A DNA stretch of 64,000 nt from Rebecca billardiae RCC1528 (lineage: Eukaryota; Protista; Haptophyta). Shown one piece after another: positions 46,994-56,346 of the stretch (position 1 is the stretch's first letter; each line of letters begins with the position of its first letter). The stretch spans positions 186,001 to 250,000 of the forward strand of contig OZ251245.1 of assembly GCA_965240325.2 (NCBI GenBank), written 5' to 3'. The notes under the pieces were generated by a model, which was not told the DNA's origin, made no database searches, and worked only from the letters and a program-made list of their open reading frames with translations. The translations under genes were made by a program, and so were the position numbers.

Positions 46994-48420
46994 ATGGCGC
47001 GCTCGCAGTGGCTGCCGCTGGCAGCGTTGGCGGCCGCGGCCGTGCTCATGCTCCTCGCCTCGCGGGGAGGCGTCTCCTCGGACCGGACGGTGTGCAACTG
47101 CCCCACTGTCGCCTCCGTGCCCGGCACGGCGTCCGATCCGACGAAGCTGGGCGCCGAGCTCGATTCGTTGCAGAAGCTCGCGCAGCTGCGATCGGAGCTG
47201 ACCGAGGCGCGCGCGACGATCGAGCGGCTGAAAAGCGAGCAGCGCGCGGGCGCGGGCGCGGCGGGCGCGAGCGCGTCCACACCCGCCGCCGCGCCCAGCG
47301 CCGACTGCGTCAAGCTCGGGCCCGTCACCGGCCGGCTGGTCGAGCACTTTGACATCATCGACCCGAAGCAGCTCTGGAAGCCGGGCAATCGGGCGTGGTC
47401 GATGTCGCAGACGGTGCGCAACCACCCGGCGGACGCGGAGCGGTGCAACAAGATGTCCTCCGACGCGCAGTTCTCCAAGCCCAAGCCGCTGCCCGCCGCG
47501 AAGAACAGCACGCTGCGCGCGCTGCCGCTCAACAAACTCTTCGACCCGATTAAAAATCTCGCGGCGTTCGACGAGATGGAGAATCTCAAGTGCGACACGG
47601 CGACGCCCAAGGCGCCGCTGCCGCCGTTCACGCTGTCGCACAAGCACACGCACCACCTCTCGAGGTACACCATGTACTTCAACATCATGTGCTGGCTCAA
47701 CATGGAGCCGCGCTCCGGACATGTCCTGGACGTTTCGGGCTCGGAGCCTTGGCTGCAGCTCTTTGACAAGCAGAACACGAAAATCACGTACGTCAACTTC
47801 CCCAAGACGGACGTGCACGACCTCGCCGAGTTCGCGAACAACACGTTCGACTGGGTGATGGGCGACCAGGTGATGGAGCACCTCCGCTTCCCGCAGCAGG
47901 CCATGGACGAGATCCACCGCGTCCTCAAGCCCGTGCGCGCGCGCGGCGCGCGCGCGCGCGCGGCGCCGGCTGGGGCGAGCGAGCGAGGGCCGTGCGCCCG
48001 AGGGCAGCGCGCGCTGCGCTGCGCTGGGGGCAGCGCCGCGGCCCCGCGCGTGGCCCCGCGCTCACGCGCGCGCGCGCGCGCGGCGCGCCCGTCCTCTCGC
48101 GGCCGCAGGGCGGCCGAGCCATCATGACTTCGTGCGCCGCAAATCCGGTGCACATGTTCCACGACTACTGGCGCTTCACGATGGATGCGTTCAAGTCGCT
48201 CGCGATGCGCTTCGACGCGATGGACATGTGCGGCTCGTGGGGCAACGGGCACGTAAACGCGGCGCGCGCTCTTGGCGGGCAGTTCTCGGGCGAGCCCGGC
48301 TCGATGCTCACAAAGGCGCCCAACGGCTCCGAGGTGTTGGACCCCCTGTCGCTCAAGCTCGCAGGGCAGAACGAAAAGGACCACGCAATGACCGTGTGGA
48401 TGATCGTGCAAAAGACGTGA
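46994..48420 (+). CDS. Class I SAM methyltransferase (Methyltransf_11-like), type II membrane, ~416 aa
   Basis: Exons 46994-47932 and 48109-48420. N-terminal TM plus coiled stem. Motifs VLDVSGS, FANNTFDWV..QVMEHL..EIHRVLKPGG, DYWRFT. Confidence 0.88.
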
Positions 48421-48791
48421 GCGAGGCGCGCGCTGCTCCGCGCCGGGACACTGATGAGCGCCGAGGCCATCATCTGGCGACAGCGCATTGACTAGCTGAT
48501 CTGCCGTGATCAGCGCGCATCGGCGTCGTCAATGACGAAATTGACGAATCACTATAGCTCTTATTTTGCTGGCCCTATGCCATATATATATATATATATT
48601 AATCGTCAGATGATGATGACGACGATTTCATTAATGCGTGTACTATTGCGCTATATATAGCTATAGATGATGAACAATATCGCAATAATAAGACATGCTG
48701 AGGAGGTCAGCGCCACCGCACTGGGTGCTGACAATAGAATGAACTGATGAGCGGTGATTGATGACGACCGCTCGGGGTGCACCCGGGGGGT

Positions 48792-49691
48792 TTAGTTGTC
48801 GCCCTGGAGCTTCGAGAACGCCCATGATGCGCCAACCAGCGTCACAGCCGCACCGCCCGCGAGGACCGCCGAGATTGCCTGCGCCGCGATCAGGCCCGCG
48901 TTGTCGTCCGGGACCGCGCCGATCAGCACAACCTCCGCGCCCAGGATCGCAACGCCGCCAGCAAACAGCACGAACGCCGGGATGTTCGCGAGGGTCTGCA
49001 CGAGCGTGAGCGGCTTGACCTTGTCGACTGCTCGGCGTGACGGCGCGGCGCGGGGACGGGGCGTCAGCTCAGAGGGCGGCAGGTGGGCAGGCGGGCAGGC
49101 AGGGCACGCACGGCTGTGCGCTGCATGCTTCAGAGGCGCGTGTGCGCGCGCATGCCACGTACTGACAGGGAGAAGCTTCTCAACGGTCTCAAACGCACCC
49201 GACTGCTCGAGCGACGAGAAGACGCCAGCGCGCGCGGCCTGCGGGGGCGAGAGCGCCGGGCACAACGAGTCTGCGTCACGCGCTGCTGCTGCGGAGCGGG
49301 CGCGTGCGCGAGGTGCATCGCGTGGGCTGCGCACGGCACGCACCGACGACAGGAGCCCGGCCTCCGCAAGCGCGGTGAGGACCTTGAGCTCGTCGACGCG
49401 CTTCAGCACATCCACCGGCGGCAGCTGCGCGCGCGACGAGTGGGAGCGCGAGAGAGTGGCGCGTGAGCATGTGCGCGGCGCGCGCGCGGTGCATCGCTAA
49501 TGACAACGAATCTTGCAGCCACGCGGTAGCGCGCTCACCTGCGACGACGCCTCACGCGCCTGGAACGTGCCCGTGGTGTCGAACTGCACCAGCTTCTTGT
49601 TCAGAGCCATCGACACCGCGCTGCGCGAGCCCACCGGGCGCGCGAGCTGCGGCGCGCTGAAGGCGAGGGCGGCGGTCACGATCGAGAACAT
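48792..49691 (-). CDS. DUF1118-like plastid membrane protein with bipartite presequence
   Basis: Introns 49425-49538, 49239-49343, 49028-49162. MFSIVTAALA-FSAP signal/transit junction; VLKRVDELKVLTALAEAGLLS; VPDDNAGLIAAQ hairpin. Confidence 0.85.
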
Positions 49692-50829
49692 GATGCTGGC
49701 GAAGACGACGAGATTCACGGACCGCTGCGGGATCGGTCCTTGATTCATCACGCTGGTTCTCGTTGGGCACGACGCAATTTTCAATTTGCGCCCAGCCGGC
49801 GCCTCGCGTCCGCCCCGTGCATCCAGCGCGCTCGAAGAGGACACCGGAGCAAAATCCGAATCAGAAGAGCGGCTCCCCCTGGCCATGCGGTCCTGGACAC
49901 GCGCACTTCGCGCTTATTTTTGTGATTTTCTGTTTGGACGTGGCAGAATAGCTTCTTATTTATTCGTGGTATGCAACGGGCAGGCGTCAGGCTGAGTGCA
50001 GCAGACACATAGATTGCGTCCGCGCCTTCCGACCAGGTCAGGCAGTGCGCCACCCGCAGCCCTGCCCCCCCTACGGGAGCGGCGGGGCCGGGATGGAGCA
50101 CCGTCGCCTCGGCCTGGGCCTGGGGCTGGGGCACGCGGCGGCCGGACGGCAGATGCTGCCGCGGCCCGGAGCGCCGCTTCCGGAGCACTTGGATGAGGGT
50201 GAGGTCGTAGTCGATGTCGCCGCCCGCCGACCTAGCGGCGAGCCGGCTGCGGAAGGCCGGAAGGCGACAGCTGCGGCTGTCGAGTCCCCGGGCGCCCGCG
50301 TGGCCGCCTGGATGGCAGGACGAGGTCGTAGAATACGCATCATCGCCGCGCGCTGGCCTGGCGGCGCGCAGCTGCAGGAGAGGGGCCTTCGTCAGGAGAG
50401 AATGAGTGCGTCGCCTAGTGCGCTCTGGGCGATGAAGCGGATGAGGTTGTAGTCGATGTCGTAGCCCGGCCCGCGGGCGGGCTGCTGCACGGATGCGCAG
50501 TGCTTGATGGAATGATGCTGCCAGGGAACCCGCCCCCCGGGCTCGTCACACCCCGCACCACCTGCTGCCCCGGCCACCTTGTCCTTGACAGTAGCTAATG
50601 TACCGTGTACGACTAGCGTGCTCTCGCGTCTGAGGTCATATGGGCTCATGCAAACCAGTTTCCATCAGGTCTCTCTTCGGAGAGCGTGCGATGAAGGATG
50701 GCGCGGCAAACTGCCAACGTGAGCCTCGATCGCGCACGTTATAACAATAATATACATAATAAACTGTACCTAGGGTGGAGCCTATATATATAGAGAGAGA
50801 GAGAGATAATAAATGTGATTTTAAACCAT

Positions 50830-50831
<2 letters not shown>

Positions 50832-50909
<78 letters not shown>
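50832..50909. repeat. (TA)n microsatellite
   Basis: Pure TA run of about 78 nt. Confidence 0.95.
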
Positions 50910-50911
<2 letters not shown>

Positions 50912-51088
50912 GAGACTAGTAAGGTCAAAGACACTCCGAAAGCATTGACAGGTGCAGTTGCATGCTCTGACGATGACGTTGTCGTCTCGCACTGGCAAGA
51001 CAGCGTCTGGCGTCCTGCTCATCGTCAGTCCGTCAGCTCGCACGATGGGGCCCCATACGTCCAGCATGGTCACTGCCGTCACGGTCCA

Positions 51089-52219
51089 TCAAGGCGCCGT
51101 GAGTGCATCGCGCTTGTCTTTGCATCGTGCGCAGACAAGATTCTCCTCGCCGCTTGCCGGCTGGAGCACGCCATGCGAACGGCAATAGCAAACGCCACAA
51201 TCGCTGCAGATGGCGATGGCGCCCTCGCCGATGTTGCACTCCTCGCATGCAACATGCGAGCACTCTTCGCAGGTGAAGATCTGGGGGGATTCGTCAATGC
51301 AGCCATCGCACCACGACCCACCACACAGAGAGCACTCTTCAGCGTGGCCGTCGTCCCGACACCGGCCGCAGATCATCGTATTGCAGGTGCCGCACTCCAG
51401 CGAGCACCCGTGCGCGCATTCGTTGTCGCAATCGTCGCACCGCATCTCCGCACAGCGCGCGCACTGGATCATCGCGTGGTCGCAGCTGCAGGCCTCGCAG
51501 TGGAGCGCGCCGCACGTGTGGCACTGCAGCGCGCCGTCGGGCACGCACACATTGCACCACGTGGTTTCGCAAAAGCTGCACGCTACCTCCGTGCACTGCG
51601 AGCACATGAACTGCCTGCATGCCGCACACGCGCTGCACACTTCAATCGTGTCGCACTCCGCGCACGCATGCACGTCGAGGTCGCAATGCTCGGGCAAAGC
51701 GGCGCAGAGCGCATCCAAATCCGCCTTGCTCACGGTGCAACCAGCAATGCGCACTCGGTAAAGCCGGCATTCGTCCTTGGGCGGCAGGCAGTCTGCCAGA
51801 TCCCCGGCCGTGAGGAGCTTCGATCTCACGCGCAGGCTGAACAGCTCGCTGCATGCGCTCAGGCCGGCAATGCCGCGCACAGTCAGTGTATCGCCGTGGA
51901 GCACCGCGCTGCGGAGAGACGCGTGCGATCGGCTCAGCACTTGCTGCACGCAGTCATCGTAGCAGCTCTCGTCGCGATGGCGCTGGCTGTGCATCCCCAT
52001 CATCACGATCGTCGTCCAGAGGCGCTTGTCGTCGAGCAGCGCCGCGCGCCACTTTGTCGAGACGCCGGACGCCCTGCAGCGATCCGCGAACGACAGGTGA
52101 GTCATGACGCACTGGATGAGCTCGGGTGGTATCAGCTCGCACGCACTGCCGCACGCGAGCATGCTGCCTTTGCGAGCGCTTGCCGCGCCGTCGTCGCTGT
52201 GCCGCCGGCGATTGACCAT
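51089..52219 (-). CDS. F-box protein with short LRR-like region and CxxC-rich C-terminus
   Basis: F-box LIPPELIQCVMTHLSFADRCRASGVSTKWR..LW; about 17 CxxC motifs in the last ~185 aa; start codon uncertain. Confidence 0.85.
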   Translation of the reverse strand: MVNRRRHSDDGAASARKGSMLACGSACELIPPELIQCVMTHLSFADRCRASGVSTKWRAALLDDKRLWTTIVMMGMHSQRHRDESCYDDCVQQVLSRSHASLRSAVLHGDTLTVRGIAGLSACSELFSLRVRSKLLTAGDLADCLPPKDECRLYRVRIAGCTVSKADLDALCAALPEHCDLDVHACAECDTIEVCSACAACRQFMCSQCTEVACSFCETTWCNVCVPDGALQCHTCGALHCEACSCDHAMIQCARCAEMRCDDCDNECAHGCSLECGTCNTMICGRCRDDGHAEECSLCGGSWCDGCIDESPQIFTCEECSHVACEECNIGEGAIAICSDCGVCYCRSHGVLQPASGEENLVCARCKDKRDALTAP

Positions 52220-52768
52220 CCACCACCTCGATGACCAGTGCACCGGGCGAGCCGCGCGGCGACGGCCGCTTGCGAGCGGCTTGCGCCTTGCGTCTCGTCA
52301 ATACAGTATCGAACGAAGGTCCGGCTCGCACGGCTGGTACATCACTCATCAGTACTTATGCAGGTCCCCTGATTCGTTCGTCGGCGGCAGTGCCCGATCC
52401 GACAAGTCGGCGTTGGCAGTGGCAGCGCACAACCTACACCGCACGCGTCAATATCGAGTGGCTTGAGCGCATAGTCGCCCTCGCGCTTCGGCTCGAACTC
52501 ATTTGCTCCTCATCGGACTCGTCCGGTCAATGGTCTGCTGAAAGCGCGTCACGCTCTCGTCCGAGTGAGGCGAGTGAGTCGTCGGCGTCGCCCGCGCCTG
52601 GCGCCGTCGCGGACTGATCATGAATTCATGATGATCATGATGACTGCGCGCGGTCGGGGCTACGCGTCATCTGCTGGGCTGAGCGCTGGCGACGAGCTCG
52701 TGGTCCCCCGTTTCGTGCGCGGTGTGCCCCGGGCCGGTTGCGGGGCCGCGCTCGTAACTCACATCATC

Positions 52769-54007
52769 CTAAGCCTCAGCCGGGGGCGCGTGGCCGCCGT
52801 CCGCCGCTGACGACGAGTCTGACGACTCCGGCGAAGTCTGTGGCGCGCGCTGGGGAGCTCCGCCCGATGGCAACGCGGCCAGCACGGGCGAATCGGTGAC
52901 CCAGCGGCGCCAGTCGCTCGCATCGTCATGCCTGACGATGGGCACGAACGGCACCGAGCCAGGCTCCGCAGCGCGCCGCTCGCCCGCCTCACCTCGCGCT
53001 GGCGCTAGCGCGGAAGCCGCCGCCAAGTCGGTCGCGCACGCCCCGCGGTCCGTCGGCTTGAGCGCGGTGGCCGCGGCGCGTCGGAAGCGCGCCCCGCTCG
53101 CGCTGCCCTCGGGCGCGAGGTCATCCACGTACACGTACGTCCCGTACTTGGCGTGCGCCTCCATCCCGTCCCGGACGATCTCCGCCATCATCGCCGTCCC
53201 GAGCGTCTCTTCCGGGAACTGTCCGCGCCGCACGCGCGCCTCCGCGGGCCCGTAGCCGAAGACGTCGCGGAGGTACTCGTGCCGCCGCGCGACGTGGGTC
53301 GAGTCGTACCAGAAGGCGAGCGGGGCGATGCGCACGCCGTTCTTCGCCGCGGTCGCGCGCGCCGGCGGCAGCCGGAGCCGGTGTCGGCTCATGAGCGCGC
53401 GCGGGTGCGAATAGGTCGAGTTGGTGGGCAGGCAGACGTACTTGATGGCGCTCGGCTCGGCATCCATCGCGTCGAGCAGCGCGCGCAGGTCGAAGGCGCG
53501 CGCGAAGGGCCGGTCGTGCTGCACGACGAGCGCGTACCGCGACCCCGCGCAGTGCCGGGCCAAGCCCTCACGCACCGCGAACCCAAACCCGACGCGGCTG
53601 GGCAGCTCGACGACACGCGTCGTGCTGCACCACAGGCGGTCGCCGCGTCTGATGAGCGCGCGCAGCCGGCGGATGTACTCGCGGTACCTGCCCTCGAGCT
53701 CGAGCGTGCACATGCCGCGCTTGAGACGGTCCTGCGCTGCCGTCTTGACGCCGTCGCACACGATCGTGATCGGCACGTCGCCGAGCAGGCCGGGCACGAG
53801 GGCGAAGGAGTCCAGCAGCCTCTCGATCAGGATCGTCGACGGGTGCGAACGCGTCGGCGAGGTGACGACGATGACTGCCAGCCGAGGCATGGCGCACGCG
53901 TGTCCTGCCCTGCGCTTGGCGTACGCTCGGGCCAGCAGGTAGCTGGCCACGCCCAGTGCCGCGAGCCCCATGGCATGCATCGAGCGGGGCACGAGGACGA
54001 GCCCCAT
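52769..54007 (-). CDS. GT-A-fold glycosyltransferase-like protein
   Basis: VIVVTSPTRSHPST, IVCDG, GFGFAVREGL and YALVVQHD (DxD-equivalent). N-terminal hydrophobic anchor. Confidence 0.6.
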   Translation of the reverse strand: MGLVLVPRSMHAMGLAALGVASYLLARAYAKRRAGHACAMPRLAVIVVTSPTRSHPSTILIERLLDSFALVPGLLGDVPITIVCDGVKTAAQDRLKRGMCTLELEGRYREYIRRLRALIRRGDRLWCSTTRVVELPSRVGFGFAVREGLARHCAGSRYALVVQHDRPFARAFDLRALLDAMDAEPSAIKYVCLPTNSTYSHPRALMSRHRLRLPPARATAAKNGVRIAPLAFWYDSTHVARRHEYLRDVFGYGPAEARVRRGQFPEETLGTAMMAEIVRDGMEAHAKYGTYVYVDDLAPEGSASGARFRRAAATALKPTDRGACATDLAAASALAPARGEAGERRAAEPGSVPFVPIVRHDDASDWRRWVTDSPVLAALPSGGAPQRAPQTSPESSDSSSAADGGHAPPAEA

Positions 54008-54153
54008 GCTGCGTGCGCCAAGCGCGATTTTCGTCCGTTGGCGCGTCGGAATATCGATCATCGATCGATTTCTTTTGCTGATGATCTTTTTCTCGCTGCC
54101 GTGGTGCCAGCTGGTCAGCAGAGCTCATCGCCGCACAGCGCACGTCGACCGCC

Positions 54154-54735
54154 ATGCTTACGCGCGTCGCGGCGAGGAGGAAGGGCCTCGGGATGGTGCA
54201 GCTGGCCTCGGCGCAATTCGTGCGGTACAAGCAGCGGCGCAAGGCCATGGAGGTCCTGCTCGCCCGCGACGTGCCCGGGCGCGGCAGCCGCGGCGACGTG
54301 ATCCGCGTGTCTCCGGGATTCGCGCGCCACCGCCTCATTCCGGACGGGGACGCCGTCCCGGCGGCGCTGGTCGACGAGGTGCAAGCCGTGCACCATCAGC
54401 TCGAGGAGGACGCGAGCCATGCGCGCGAGCGGCTGCTCGCAGCCTCTGCGGATCTACAGTCCGGGGCAGGCCTGCACTTTCGGCGCGAGCCCTCAGGCAC
54501 GGGCCGCCTGCTGGTGCCGATCACGCTTCAGGACGTGATGGCGGAGATGGGCCAGCTTCAAACGGGCCGCGTCGCCGTCAACGTAGAGAGCATGGAGCCC
54601 GAGGTCGTGGACACGGTGGGTGAGCACACAGTCACGCTGCACCTCGGCCACGGCGTCGGCACACAGGTGCGCGTCACGGTGTCGAGCCGTCGGCCCGTCC
54701 ACGCCGACGCCGACGCTGGCGCGAGCAGCGCCTAG
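54154..54735 (+). CDS. rpl9: Ribosomal protein bL9, probably mitochondrial
   Basis: MEVLLARDVPGRGSRGDVIRVSPGFARHRLIP..A N-domain; GRLLVPIT..TVGEHTVTLHL C-domain; Arg-rich, acid-free presequence. Confidence 0.92.
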   Translation: MLTRVAARRKGLGMVQLASAQFVRYKQRRKAMEVLLARDVPGRGSRGDVIRVSPGFARHRLIPDGDAVPAALVDEVQAVHHQLEEDASHARERLLAASADLQSGAGLHFRREPSGTGRLLVPITLQDVMAEMGQLQTGRVAVNVESMEPEVVDTVGEHTVTLHLGHGVGTQVRVTVSSRRPVHADADAGASSA

Positions 54736-55271
54736 CACCCGCCTCACGGAGAATGCCAGATTCCCAGCATTCCGGTGGCGCGCGACGACGAGCGCGTGTT
54801 CGAGCGCTACTATGCGGCGGTGTGACGCCGTTTGACAGGGCATGGTGCCTCCAGTCAGTGCACCGGACGCGCCTGAGTTTAAGATTGCTGGGCAATCGTC
54901 ACTTTACGAGCCGAGGCTTGGCGCAGGCTAATGGTGCTAACCGCGCACATCGGCACATGATGACTTGGTGGAAGGTGCGCGACATGTGACGGTGCGTGAT
55001 GATGAGGGGTTGCCACGCCTTCAGCCTTCTACCTATAAGTAGGACACTGCGGATGGGACCGTCGGATGGCTCGGATGCGACCAGAGAAAAGCGACACTGG
55101 CCGCGCCGGACGCACGGTTTGGCGGTAAATTGGCGCTTGATGGCAAGTGCTTCCGGACATGGAACAGGAGAGGAGCGACGACGAAGCAGCCGACGGAGCA
55201 GCGCGTCATCGCGCGTCACGCCCGGGCAATAGGACGCCCGCGCCGCAGCGAAGGGCGTGGACGCGGCGGAC

Positions 55272-56138
55272 ATGTGGGCAGGCGTGTTCCCACCGACCCA
55301 CCGGGCGGTGGCAGCTGTGACGGTCATCGCCCTCGCTGCCTTCGCCGGCCCGCGCGCCGGCCGCGCACCAGCCTTGCACAGCGACGGCGCGCTCGTTGTG
55401 GGGGGTGACGCGTACGCGCTCGAGCAGCAGCTGCACGGCGCGGAGCTCGTGGCGAAGGGGCGCACGCACTTCCACGTCTTCATGATCCCCGTGTGCTCCG
55501 CCGTGCTCTACCTCGAGCCGCGCACGCCCAACCAGGCCGTGCTCTCAGACGTGCCGAAGGTCCTCGAGCTCAGCTACCACCGCTCGATCTCGGCGGCGGA
55601 GTTTGCGGGCTCCACGACGGCGACGATTGAGCGCAACGGCCTGCTGAGCGCGCACGTGCGCCCGCTCGTCGAGCGCTTCAACACGCTGTACGCCAACGTG
55701 CGCGCGGGCGACCGTTACCAGCTCTCGTACCACCCGCGACACGGCGTCTCCATCCGGCTCAACGGCGAGCTCCTGGGCAGCGTGGGCTGGCGCGACCCGG
55801 AGTTCGCCAAAGCGCTGTTCTCCGTGTGGTTTGGGGCGCGCGCCTTCCACCCCACGTTTCGGCACGATCTCATGCTGCCGATCCAGGCGCACGGCCACCA
55901 TGCTCGCAGCCGTGACTCGGCGGGTGCGCGCGCACCTGGCAAGCAGCGCAGAGCGGCGGCGGCAGCCGCTGCCACTCGCAGGCGCGACGAGCACGGCGCG
56001 GCGGCCAGCAGCGCACCTCGCCTTCCGGGCACCACTCTGCGCGCACCCGTGACGTGGGCGTCCGCGTTGAGGCAAATCTTCATGGACACCCTGGGATTGG
56101 CTACGCCCGTCGCGGGCCGCGTCCACGCGCCGGTGTGA
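55272..56138 (+). CDS. Chalcone-isomerase-like fold protein (Chalcone_3 type)
   Basis: SAVLYL..LELSYHRSI..VRAGDRYQL..LNGELLGSV..FAKALFSVWFG pattern. Confidence 0.8.
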   Translation: MWAGVFPPTHRAVAAVTVIALAAFAGPRAGRAPALHSDGALVVGGDAYALEQQLHGAELVAKGRTHFHVFMIPVCSAVLYLEPRTPNQAVLSDVPKVLELSYHRSISAAEFAGSTTATIERNGLLSAHVRPLVERFNTLYANVRAGDRYQLSYHPRHGVSIRLNGELLGSVGWRDPEFAKALFSVWFGARAFHPTFRHDLMLPIQAHGHHARSRDSAGARAPGKQRRAAAAAAATRRRDEHGAAASSAPRLPGTTLRAPVTWASALRQIFMDTLGLATPVAGRVHAPV

Positions 56139-56346
56139 CGACGACGGCACGACGTCGACGGCCGACCGGCCGTCGGCGGAACTGCTGCTGATGTGATGCT
56201 GTCCATGCTCGTAGCTAGTCGTCACGCGCGGGCTACTATACACTCGTCAATATATAGATATATAACTACGATTACGTCATGTAACGTCGGTCGGCTCCGG
56301 TTGGCAAATGGCGGTGCCAACGCTACTCTGACGCACTCGAATCAGT

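Noticed and set aside
42515-47917. 1800-aa ORF as a single protein
   Set aside because: Its first ~310 aa are the antisense of the methyltransferase gene. The real start is at or near 46879, and an in-frame intron is read through.
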